Program-made: the position numbers and the translations under genes
Notes under the pieces: model-generated
Databases searched by the model: none
Told to the model about the DNA's origin: nothing
What the model saw: only the letters and a program-made list of their open reading frames with translations
Shown: positions 1 through 9,291 of the stretch, in pieces
Layout: the number at the start of each line of letters is the position of its first letter
Position numbering within the stretch: the first letter of the stretch is position 1
From: Tubiluchus corallicola
Lineage: Eukaryota > Animalia > Priapulida
DNA: 64,000 bases
Reading direction: 5' to 3'
Assembly: GCA_030141605.1 (NCBI GenBank)
Contig: JAQGDQ010000216.1
Span: 124,001-188,000 of the forward strand

Positions 1-2
1 AA

Positions 3-1481
3 GATAAAAACCTATTTGCTTCAATAAAAGGCTTTTACGATATAACAGAAAATCAGAAATTCGGGATTGAGTTTTCTCATTTTTTTTGGGGTAAAGATGA
101 AATAATTAACACGGATTTAGAGCGAATTTTGCAAAACAGTAACCAGCGACACATTAATTACCACAATGAAAACCAAAATTTAAATTCTTGGAATTTAACT
201 TTAAATTATAATTGGAAAATAAAAAAAAATGGAAGCAATTTTAACGTAATTATGGACAATCTAAAGCAGTATAAATACAATGATTTTAATTACTACACTT
301 TTACAGAAGTTGATTCCTTAAATAATCTGATTTCTGAAAATCGCCAACGCAATCTTAAATACCATCCTTACGGAATAAAAGCTGCAACTATTGATTATAC
401 ATATCCAATCAATAAAAAATTATCTTTAATGACAGGGATTAAGACTTCATATTCAAATTTAAGAGATAAGGCTGAAATTGATACGCTTTCAAGTTCAGGA
501 ATTTGGATTCCTAATGATGAAATGTCTTACGATTTGGATTATGAAGAGGTTATTAATTCAGCCTATCTCAAATCTATTCTCGATTTAAAAAAACTAGATT
601 TATCTATTGGCTTACGTTTCGAGAATACAGTTTATAACGCAATTAATCAAAAACAAAATAATCAATATTCTAATATTTTCCCATCACTAGCTCTTAATAT
701 ACCAGTGTCAGACGGAAAGAATAATTTAAGTTTAAATTATTCTAAAAGAATTCAAAGAGTTAGCTATTTTAAACTACTCACAAATTACCATTACATTTCA
801 GATAATGAATTACAAACCGGCAATCCTAACTTAAAGCCAGAAATAGTACATGCAATAAAGTTAAGCTATTCACAAAACAAAAAAATCTATTGCTCAATTA
901 GATTAAATTACAACGACAATCTAATTTACAAATCAATTATTAGTAATGATGAAATAATAATAAACTCTTATTCAGATGGAGGTGAAGAGTATAATTACTC
1001 AGGTAATATTTACATGCCGATTAAGATAAAAGAATGGTGGAAGATGACAAATCAGTTAAATTTGTCATATTTAAACTTTAAACATCAAACAACTACACTG
1101 AATCAAGCAAATGCTAACTTATACACTCAACAATATCTCAAGCTACCATATAATTTTAGTCTAGAGATATTATATAAATATCAATCCAAATCTATTTCCG
1201 GTTATGTTACTACAGACCCATATCATTTATTAAATCTTACTATTAGAAAAGACATGCTCAATAATAACTTGGCTGTTATATTTTCTGCAAATAGATTAAT
1301 AGTAAATCAAAAATACAAATGGACGTATGACGATGGAACTGTCTATAAAGAATCCCAATCTTATTATTCCCCAATACCTTTCTTTTCTATTACTGCCTCA
1401 TATAGTTTTAAGAAAGGTAAAAAACAGAATAATAACTATATAAAGAGTGGAATAAGAGAAGAAAAAGGTAGAACATATTAG
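3..1481 (+). CDS. Outer-membrane beta-barrel protein (TonB-dependent receptor-like, OMP_b-brl_3 type), 5'-partial
   Basis: Frame open from base 3, so the start lies upstream of the window; amphipathic beta-strands, GLRFENT, FPS, YSKRIQR, GNPNLKPE and C-terminal SYSF...EEKGR typical of this Bacteroidota family. Confidence 0.8.
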   Translation, partial: DKNLFASIKGFYDITENQKFGIEFSHFFWGKDEIINTDLERILQNSNQRHINYHNENQNLNSWNLTLNYNWKIKKNGSNFNVIMDNLKQYKYNDFNYYTFTEVDSLNNLISENRQRNLKYHPYGIKAATIDYTYPINKKLSLMTGIKTSYSNLRDKAEIDTLSSSGIWIPNDEMSYDLDYEEVINSAYLKSILDLKKLDLSIGLRFENTVYNAINQKQNNQYSNIFPSLALNIPVSDGKNNLSLNYSKRIQRVSYFKLLTNYHYISDNELQTGNPNLKPEIVHAIKLSYSQNKKIYCSIRLNYNDNLIYKSIISNDEIIINSYSDGGEEYNYSGNIYMPIKIKEWWKMTNQLNLSYLNFKHQTTTLNQANANLYTQQYLKLPYNFSLEILYKYQSKSISGYVTTDPYHLLNLTIRKDMLNNNLAVIFSANRLIVNQKYKWTYDDGTVYKESQSYYSPIPFFSITASYSFKKGKKQNNNYIKSGIREEKGRTY

Positions 1482-1502
1482 TTAATTTAAAACTTATCAA
1501 AA

Positions 1503-1865
1503 ATGAATAGAATTATTATTACGAGTACTTTAATGTTAATTGTATTAAGTATGAACGCACAAGTTTTTATCAATCCTATTAATTATGTTGATGACAATCA
1601 ACATAGAGAACAAGTATTAAAGTATATCTCTATGCAAGCGAAGAAAGATTGTAAGACTTTAGGCATTGATAATAAAACAACTTTAAAAGATGTTGAAAAA
1701 GAATATTTAGAAGCATTCAAAGAACTAATCGAAGTAGAAGACACAAATACATTAGCCTCGGTTATTGAAAATCAAGCTAAATTAGGTGTTGAAAATTACA
1801 AAACAATTCTAATGGTTTATAAAGACGAAATTGCTACAGAGGAGAAAATAATTAAATGGGAATAA
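1503..1865 (+). CDS. Small secreted hypothetical protein with an internal helical repeat
   Basis: Sec signal peptide (MNRIIIT...MNAQ); closely spaced within the operon; LGIDNKTTL/LGVENYKTI internal repeat. Confidence 0.7.
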   Translation: MNRIIITSTLMLIVLSMNAQVFINPINYVDDNQHREQVLKYISMQAKKDCKTLGIDNKTTLKDVEKEYLEAFKELIEVEDTNTLASVIENQAKLGVENYKTILMVYKDEIATEEKIIKWE

Positions 1866-1886
1866 TCATCATACAGAACAGTTTTT

Positions 1887-2196
1887 ATGAAGAAAAGTAG
1901 ATATACGTTTTTTATTGAAAAAGAAGGTTTTGTTCTTGGATACAATGCCTTTACAGACAAGTACATTGGAATAAGTAAAAACACATACAAACAGTATAAC
2001 AATCTTGATATTGAAGCCTTTAGGGAACATAATAAGAAAGTCTATTCAAATTTGATTAAATCTGGGTTTATTATTCCAAGCTTTAAAAATGAACTAGATT
2101 TAATTAGACTGAATCATAAAAATGAAGCGTTCAATTCTCGTGATTATATGCTAATTATTTTCCCTACAAAAGATTGCAATCTTAGATGTTGGTATT
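1887..2196 (+). pseudogene. Radical SAM/SPASM (peptide-maturase-like) gene truncated by IS insertion
   Basis: N-terminus MKKSRYTF..GYNAFT..LIKSGFII..ELD, then PTKDCNLRCWY; the CxxxCxxC motif is cut before the third Cys exactly at the IS left end. Confidence 0.85.
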
Positions 2197-3755
2197 TGTA
2201 AATCTTCAGCTTAATTCGGACAAATTGGTTTAAAAATTAAGAGAGACATTTCTTAAATTATAACCAATAAAAACGAATAAGATTAAGGCAAAAAAACAGA
2301 CTACCGAACAAAAGGTAAAAGAGATTAAGAGACACCCGAGGAAGAAGTAATCAGCTGAAGAAAAAATCAGGATTTTACTAGAGGGCATGCGTGGCGAATA
2401 TAGCATTGCCGAGTTATGCCGAAAAGAAGGCATCAACGCGAACCTTTATTACAAGTGGAGTAAAGATTTTATGGAAGCTGGCAAAAAACGTCTTGCAGGT
2501 GACATTAAACGGGAAGCTACATCGGGCGAAGTAAACGGTTTAAAGAACGAGAACCACGACCTAAAGCAGCTTGTAGCAGAGCTGAATTTGGAAGTACGCA
2601 TGCTTAAAAAAAGCTTAACTGGAACCGAGTAACTTATAAATATATGAGACGAAGCGCCAGTGAAAAGATGGAAATTATCCGTATTGTTCAAGATTCGGAA
2701 TTCGGAGTTAAGCGCACACTTGAAGAGCTTGACATCAGCCGAAGTACCTTTTACGAGTGGTACAAACGCTTCCTTGAGGGATGATATGATGCACTCAAGT
2801 CCAAGCCGGTAAAACGCAAAAAGTTTTGGGACAAGATATCCAACAAAGAACGAGAACTGGTTTTAGACACCGCTTTGTAACGTACAGACTTATCGCCTAG
2901 GGAACTAGCCCACCACATCACCGACCATCAAAAGTGGTTTATCAGCGAAACCAGCGTATATCGGATTCTCAAAGAGCAAGTGCTAATCACATCTCCTGCG
3001 TGGCTTTTAATGGCTGCATCCGATGAGTTTAAAGATAAGACCACGCGTGTGCACCAGCAATGGCAAACCGATTTCACCTACTTTAAAATCATTGGATGGG
3101 GCTGGTATTATTTGGCTACCGTAATGGAGATTATTCAAGTTATATCGTCACCTGGGAGCTTTGCCAAAGCATTGAGTCGGCCGATGCCAAGCATGTTATT
3201 CAAAAGGCTTTACATACGGCCAAAATACCTGCAGGCGATTGTCCCAGGTTACTCTCCGATAATGGAGCGTGCTACATATCAAACGAGTTTCAAAGCTTTT
3301 TAAAAGACACCAAAATGGGACATTTACGTGTAGCCCCATACCACCCTCAAACACAAGGGAAAATTGAGCGTTACCACCGCACCATGAAAAATCAGGTAAA
3401 GTTGGATAACTACTACTTTCCTGATGAACTAATGACGGTTCTACAGGAGTTTGTATATAATTACAACAACCACCGGTATCATGAATCACTCAAGAATGTT
3501 ACACCTGCCGACGTGTATTTTGGAAGGCAAAAACAGTTACTGGGCAATCGTGAAAACATTAAAATAAAAACGCTAAATGAAAGAAGAAAAAGGAATCAGA
3601 AAATCGCAGTGTATCACTTTTGATTTATTGAAAACTCTGCGAGTTTCGAACAAGTCAACAGTGAATTATCATCACCATAAAAAAGAGAATTTGAATTATA
3701 AAACTATCTCTTAACTTTAAGCATCAATTTGTCCAATAAGTTTTGAAGTTAAACA
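2197..3755 (+). mobile_element. IS3-family insertion sequence (degenerate), about 1559 bp
   Basis: Imperfect terminal inverted repeats TGTAAATCTTCAGCTTAATTCGGACAAATTG (2197) and CAATTTGTCCAATAAGTTTTGAAGTTAAACA (3755); orfA HTH and orfB DDE integrase fragments; slippery A7G at 2606-2613. Confidence 0.92.
2285..3623 (+). pseudogene. IS3-family transposase orfAB pseudogene
   Basis: orfA SIAELCRKEGINANLYYKWSKDF; orfB WQTDFTY, LSDNG, PYHPQTQGKIERYHRT, YNNHRYHESL; in-frame stops near 2348, 2782 and 2878 and a frameshift near 3128. Confidence 0.88.
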
Positions 3756-4246
3756 CAGGTTGGAGGTTGTAGTTGATGAGGTGATGTATATAGCAGAGTC
3801 TTTTTTACATTCACCAGTTGAGATTGACACTTTAGAGTTTGAGTATGATAGTGGGGGGTTATTATTTGAAGAGGGATTTATTATGTATTGCGTGTTTCAT
3901 GATCCTCCTGGAGAAGGGAATAGCTACAGGATTGTTGTCTCTGTTAATGGTAATACGCATTGATGGGCCGGAAGATATATTTGTTTTTAATGATAGGCTT
4001 ATAGATGGCAATAAGGTTAGGATGCCATTTTATTCAAACAGGTTACAGCTTGACGATAAAATTAAGCTTGAGTTACGCTCGCTAGATGAGCCAACTTTTA
4101 AGTTTTATCAAACTCTGGAGAGAGCACTGAATGTGGGCGGGATTGAGCTTGCGCCTACTAATCCTATAGGTAATTTTACAAATGGTGCTTTAGGTCATTT
4201 TGGCGCATGGAGCTTTAGCCGCAGAGAAGCAACGGTTAAGGAGTAG
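3756..4246 (+). pseudogene. DUF4249-family protein remnant (5'-truncated, frameshifted)
   Basis: ORF 3760-3963 (FHDPPGEGNSYR) joins ORF 3839-4246 (FNDRLIDGN...PTNPIGNFTNGALGHFGA) through a frameshift near 3955; the N-terminus is missing at the IS end. Confidence 0.7.
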
Positions 4247-4289
4247 TAGAAAGAGATATTAATTAAATAGCTTCCTAGTTATAATTAGA

Positions 4290-4934
4290 ATGAGAAAGAG
4301 AGAGCGATTTGAAAAGGTAATAGCGTGGTTTCAGAAAAACATGATAGTTGCTGAAACTGAATTAGAGTATGGGAATCCGTATGAGTTGTTGGTTGCTGTT
4401 ATATTGTCGGCACAATGTACAGACAAAAGAGTGAATATGGTCACACCCGATCTTTTTAAGAGGTTTCCAGTTCCTCAAAAGATGGCAGAGGCAGAGCCTG
4501 CAGAGGTGTTTGAGTATGTGAGATCATGCTCTTATCCTAATAATAAGTCCAGGCATCTTGTTGATATGTCAAGGAAGCTGGTAAATGAGTTTGGAGGAGT
4601 TGTTCCTGATATGGTAGAGGAGTTGATGAGTCTACCAGGGGTGGGTAGAAAAACGGCAAATGTGATTGCTGCTGTAGCTTATGGCAAACCAGCTATTGCC
4701 GTTGATACTCATGTATTTAGAGTAGCGGCTAGATTGGGGTTGAGTACTAACTCTAAGACTCCACTTGAGACAGAGAAGCAACTGGTTCGCTATATTCCGG
4801 AAGAGTTGTTATCAACAGCTCACCACTGGCTTATTTTGCACGGCAGGTATGTGTGTTTAGCGCGTAAGCCGAAATGTGAAGAGTGTGGATTATTACCTTA
4901 CTGCAAGTACTACCAAACAAACAAAAACAGCTAG
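4290..4934 (+). CDS. nth: Endonuclease III
   Basis: LSAQCTDKRVN, HhH LPGVGRKTAN, VDTHV, C-x6-C-x2-C-x5-C 4Fe-4S motif. Confidence 0.97.
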   Translation: MRKRERFEKVIAWFQKNMIVAETELEYGNPYELLVAVILSAQCTDKRVNMVTPDLFKRFPVPQKMAEAEPAEVFEYVRSCSYPNNKSRHLVDMSRKLVNEFGGVVPDMVEELMSLPGVGRKTANVIAAVAYGKPAIAVDTHVFRVAARLGLSTNSKTPLETEKQLVRYIPEELLSTAHHWLILHGRYVCLARKPKCEECGLLPYCKYYQTNKNS

Positions 4935-4976
4935 TCATTTTTATGAACGCAAAGCTAAAAGGCGTAAAAAGCAGGG

Positions 4977-5103
4977 TTATTCCTTTATAGCATAAAAGGT
5001 TTTGGTTCAGATTGAGGACTTTAGTGAAGATTCACTCCTTGTTCGGTACAAGTGAGGATTTTGACGAAAATATCAATGAAAAGACAAGCTTTGCAAGGCT
5101 TCA
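4977..5103 (+). repeat. Dispersed palindromic MITE-like element, copy 1
   Basis: TTTTGGTTCAGATTGAGG...CTTGT-TCGGT-ACAAG-TGAGGATTTTGACGAAAATATCAATGAAAAGACAAGCTTTGCAAGGCTTCA matches the family consensus; left terminal repeat decayed. Confidence 0.75.
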
Positions 5104-5123
5104 AGGGACATGGTTGTGTCCCT
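5104..5123. terminator. Stem-loop between convergent nth and glgP
   Basis: AGGGACA-TGGTTG-TGTCCCT just beyond the glgP stop. Confidence 0.45.
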
Positions 5124-5127
5124 CAGC

Positions 5128-7746
5128 CTACTCTATCCACCTCATATACTTGAAGTCCTGACGGTGCAGGAGCAGTTTATTTTTGGGGAAGATACGCATT
5201 GAGTATTTATATGTACCGGGTTGTTTTAACTTAAGGTCAACGGTGTAGTGCACCAGTCCGCTTTTTGCTTTCTCGCAGTTAAACTCCTTGTGCTGTACAA
5301 GTTTCGGGTTCCCGCTGTCGGTAGCAACCAGTATTTCTACTCCTATTTCATGTGGCGATAGTTCTTTTAAGTCGAGTGCAACACGTGCTACATAAGACTG
5401 CCCCATTTTATAGGTAACATTGGCTACTCCATCAGTTGGTTGGACACTTACTACCTCTATTTGCTCCCATAATTTGGCAATATGCTCTTTCCATGCGGAA
5501 AGTTCACGAGCGGCTTTAAAATTGTCTGTTTTAAGCTTGGCAGAGTGCTCCGCCATAGGCGTGTAAAATTTTTCGAAATAATCTTTTAGCATTCGCTTTG
5601 TAGTAAAGTTAGGGGCCACTTTTGCAAAGTTATTTTTTATAAGACCTACCCAACCAGAAGGTGCATCTTTCTTTTTCTTTGAATAGTATTTAGGAAGAGC
5701 ATCGTTTTCAAGTATATTATATATTGTTTCTGCATCAAATTCATTCTGAAGATTCTGTTCGCTAAAAGATTCTTTTGGCGTAAGCCCCCATCCTGCACCT
5801 TCTTGATAACCCTCTTCCCACCAACCATCTCGAATAGAGAGGTTTAATGTCCCGTTCATAACCCCTTTCTCTCCTGATGTACCTGATGCCTCAAGCGGAC
5901 GTGTAGGGGTATTAAGCCATATATCGCATCCTTGTATCAGCATTTTAGCAAGCTCCATATCATAATTCTGTATGAAAAGTATTTTGCCGAGAAATTCAGG
6001 TTTTTTCGAAGTTTCTATAATATATTTTATGAGTTTCTGTCCCTCTTTGTCTGCTGGGTGTGCTTTCCCTGCAAAAATAAACTGTATTGGACGCTCAGGA
6101 TTGTTGACGATACTGGCTAGCCTTTTGAGGTCATGAAAAAGAAGGGTAGCTCGCTTGTATGTTGCAAATCTACGTGCAAACCCTACTGTCAGGGCTTTGG
6201 GGTTTAGTTTTGATAGGGCTTTGGAAATAAACTTAGGGTGTTCATTACGTTGTATCTGGCTACTGGAAAAATGCTCCTTTATATATTTGATCATTCGCAC
6301 TTTCAGTGCTGCTTTTATTTTCCATATTTCTGTGTCAGGTACTTTATATATGTTTTCCCAGGCATGATTGTAGTCACCCTTGTTATACTGGTGAATGCTA
6401 CTAGGCAGGTCATTGGTATGAAGGTATTTTTTGTGAAGATTTTTCCACTCTTTTGCTGCCCATGTGGAGAAGTGCACACCGTTTGTAACATATCCGATAT
6501 TGTTAAGCTCTTCCGGCAAGAATCCTTTATAAAGTGCGGATAATAATCGTCTGCTAACATCTCCATGCAATCTGCTGACACCGTTAATTTTTTGAGAAAG
6601 GTTAGAAGCAAGGTAGCTCATATTAAAGTGATCTTCGTGCTTTGATGCCTTGCCAAGCATCATAAACTCATCTTTGCTTATGCTTATTTTCTCATTAAAA
6701 TTGCCCATATACTGCAAAAAAAGATCATCGTGGAATAAGTCATGTCCTGCCGGTACAGGTGTGTGTGTGGTAAAAAGGGTTGTGCTACGCACCACCTCTT
6801 TTGCTTCGGCAAACGTTAAGTTCTCTTCCTCATGTAGGTACTTGATACGTTCTAGCCCTATGAATGCTGCATGCCCTTCATTGCAGTGATATATATCAGT
6901 TTTTACCCCCAGTTTTTTGAGAGCACGTATTCCTCCCAACCCCAGTATCATTTCTTGTTTAATACGATTTTCATTATCTCCGCCATACAGATGATGAGTG
7001 ATAGAACGATCCTGTTTTTGATTTGCATCATGGTCAGTGTCAAGTAGATATAGCTTAATGCTACCTACGTACACCTTCCAAAGGTTCACAACAACAACTC
7101 TATTATTCATTTCAATATTTACAGATAGCCACTGCCCATTTTCGTCTACCACTGGCTGGACAGGTATTTTAGAGAAGTCTTCCGCCTCATACTGCGCAGT
7201 CTGTTCTCCATAGCGTGATACTATCTGTTTGAAATAGCCATAGCGGTATAATAGTCCCATGGCTGTCATATTAACTTTTGAGTCACTGGCCTCTTTCATG
7301 TAGTCTCCGGCAAGTACACCAAGCCCTCCTGAGTATGTTTTCAATATTGAGTGTATACCATACTCCATACTAAAATAAGTAATTGCAGGCCCTTGTAGTC
7401 TCTCTCTCTCTCTCATATACTGATGAAACCGGTCTCGAACCGATATCATCTTCATAATAAAAGCTTCATTCAATTTGAGTTCCTGGAAGCGCTTAAGACT
7501 TGTCCTCTCCAGCAACAAGATAGGGTTGTGTTCACAATCTTCCCAAACGCTAGGCTCTATCTCATTAAATAGTTCACGGGCAGCATCGTCCCATGCCCAC
7601 CACATGTTTTTGGAAATATCTTTAAGAGCGTTTAACTTACCGGGCACATTTGATTCAATTGTGATTTTTTTCCATGCAGGAGTGGTATTGGCCGGATGTT
7701 CTACAGCTACTCCTTGCTTTATAAGCTTCTTTTCTTGTATTTTCAT
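5128..7746 (-). CDS. glgP: Alpha-glucan (glycogen/starch) phosphorylase, GT35
   Basis: YFSMEYG, YSGGLGVLAGD, HCNEGH, FARRFATYKRA, FAGKAHP, EASGTSGEK PLP-lysine motif. Confidence 0.95.
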   Translation of the reverse strand: MKIQEKKLIKQGVAVEHPANTTPAWKKITIESNVPGKLNALKDISKNMWWAWDDAARELFNEIEPSVWEDCEHNPILLLERTSLKRFQELKLNEAFIMKMISVRDRFHQYMRERERLQGPAITYFSMEYGIHSILKTYSGGLGVLAGDYMKEASDSKVNMTAMGLLYRYGYFKQIVSRYGEQTAQYEAEDFSKIPVQPVVDENGQWLSVNIEMNNRVVVVNLWKVYVGSIKLYLLDTDHDANQKQDRSITHHLYGGDNENRIKQEMILGLGGIRALKKLGVKTDIYHCNEGHAAFIGLERIKYLHEEENLTFAEAKEVVRSTTLFTTHTPVPAGHDLFHDDLFLQYMGNFNEKISISKDEFMMLGKASKHEDHFNMSYLASNLSQKINGVSRLHGDVSRRLLSALYKGFLPEELNNIGYVTNGVHFSTWAAKEWKNLHKKYLHTNDLPSSIHQYNKGDYNHAWENIYKVPDTEIWKIKAALKVRMIKYIKEHFSSSQIQRNEHPKFISKALSKLNPKALTVGFARRFATYKRATLLFHDLKRLASIVNNPERPIQFIFAGKAHPADKEGQKLIKYIIETSKKPEFLGKILFIQNYDMELAKMLIQGCDIWLNTPTRPLEASGTSGEKGVMNGTLNLSIRDGWWEEGYQEGAGWGLTPKESFSEQNLQNEFDAETIYNILENDALPKYYSKKKKDAPSGWVGLIKNNFAKVAPNFTTKRMLKDYFEKFYTPMAEHSAKLKTDNFKAARELSAWKEHIAKLWEQIEVVSVQPTDGVANVTYKMGQSYVARVALDLKELSPHEIGVEILVATDSGNPKLVQHKEFNCEKAKSGLVHYTVDLKLKQPGTYKYSMRIFPKNKLLLHRQDFKYMRWIE

Positions 7747-7808
7747 TTACAGTATTCTGATTTTTCTCTTTTACTCAAGTTATTTTTAAAGGCTACGCCT
7801 GGATTTTA

Positions 7809-9260
7809 TTAATGCTTTAGTGTACTAGTGCTACGTTTTTTGACCACTATTTTTGATCCGCTACGTGCCGATTTTCCACTGGCAACTTTTATTTTATTTG
7901 GTATTTTTTTCATTGATAAGGTGGTGTCGCTCTTTTTTGTTTTACCAGCATCTTTTATATTTCTAAGTTGCACCTTAACTTTTTTTAATTCTTGTTCTGT
8001 CTTCTCTACTTTTTTATCTCTCTGCTCAATTATTGTTTTTAATGTAGCAATTTTGCGATCAGTTTCGTTTTCAGGTGCCAATGCATTTAGGCGAATTTTA
8101 AAATCGCTTAAAATATTCATGTAGTTTATAAAAGCTTCATATGGGTTGGTGAATGAGCTGAATCGTTTATGTTGCTCTCCACCAGAAAAAAACTTGGTGC
8201 ACATATCGTAGAAGTGGCCTGATACCTGAAGGTAATTCCAGTCACTGTTGAGTGTTGGATCAGCACAGCAAGCCATACGTTCTTTTAGTTCATACAATTT
8301 GTTAAAAGCCTCTTCTTGCAGTTCATTTCCAAGCCATGCAGACAAGTCGCGCTCTTCATCAGCCCATGATATAGTATGTGGAACATGTATTGCTGATATT
8401 GGCTGATATTTTTTTATAGCCTCAGAAGGAGTGGTAAAAGATAAATCTTTATTTTTGAGTACCGCAGATGGTAGAGCTGATAGGAAGTTCAATATTCCCG
8501 TATCGGCAGGTTGGTTTTCCCCAAAAGTTTCATAGCCAAGAAACAGGTTGATTATATCTTCATTATTGTCAATATTTAATAACCAGTTCGCAAACTTGTT
8601 GGCTGTTAAAGGGAACTCTGTCCATTTCTTGTTAGAGAATCGAAACGCTATATCATCACTTAGTTTATGATTTCGCATCAACATCTTCAATCTTGGAGTT
8701 TTAGCACTACAGTAGAGATAGTTAGGGCTTTTCCATCCAAGAATATGCTTTGCCCCTTCTGTAATCATACCTTTAAACCCCATCTTATATACTCTGTCTC
8801 CTATATCATCTGAGTATATTAACTCAGTGTTTCTAAGTACTTTAGGGCGGATTCCGAAAAGCTCTTCTACCTTATCACTGTGCTGTTTTACCTGATTTTC
8901 AAACAGCTCGTCATCTATTAGTGAAACAAGCGACTGCGGATATGTTTCGGAAAGAAATTCTACGCATCCTGTTTCTGCCAGCTTTCTGAACGAATCTATT
9001 AGCTCGGGAGCATATTGGGTAAACTGTTCCATTGCAATACCTGATATGGAGTAAGCAACTTTAAATTTCCCTTTGTGTTTCTGTATCTGCTCAAGGATAA
9101 TTTCATTTGCTGGCAAATAGCAGTTGTCTTTTATTTTATGGAATATTGCCTTGTTGGCATAGTTGTCATAATAGTCATGTTCGTTTCCAATGTCGAAGAA
9201 TCGATATTTTCGATAGCGAAATGATTGATGTACTTGAAAATATAGGCAGATAGATTTCAT
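7809..9260 (-). CDS. Glycoside hydrolase family 57 (alpha-amylase-like) with a C-terminal coiled-coil/basic tail
   Basis: ICLYFQVHQ, RNTELIYSD, YETFGE, SWADEERDLSAWLGN. Confidence 0.92.
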   Translation of the reverse strand: MKSICLYFQVHQSFRYRKYRFFDIGNEHDYYDNYANKAIFHKIKDNCYLPANEIILEQIQKHKGKFKVAYSISGIAMEQFTQYAPELIDSFRKLAETGCVEFLSETYPQSLVSLIDDELFENQVKQHSDKVEELFGIRPKVLRNTELIYSDDIGDRVYKMGFKGMITEGAKHILGWKSPNYLYCSAKTPRLKMLMRNHKLSDDIAFRFSNKKWTEFPLTANKFANWLLNIDNNEDIINLFLGYETFGENQPADTGILNFLSALPSAVLKNKDLSFTTPSEAIKKYQPISAIHVPHTISWADEERDLSAWLGNELQEEAFNKLYELKERMACCADPTLNSDWNYLQVSGHFYDMCTKFFSGGEQHKRFSSFTNPYEAFINYMNILSDFKIRLNALAPENETDRKIATLKTIIEQRDKKVEKTEQELKKVKVQLRNIKDAGKTKKSDTTLSMKKIPNKIKVASGKSARSGSKIVVKKRSTSTLKH

Positions 9261-9291
9261 GATTAATTATTATGTTGTGATTTTACATAAT

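Noticed and set aside
2285-3623. Stop-codon recoding to explain in-frame stops in the transposase
   Set aside because: The stops are mixed TAA and TGA plus a frameshift, and all host genes use the standard code; this is ordinary pseudogenisation.
7399-7414. (TC)8 microsatellite in glgP as a phase-variation switch
   Set aside because: In frame, encodes a plausible helical RERER in a metabolic enzyme, and there is no evidence of variability.
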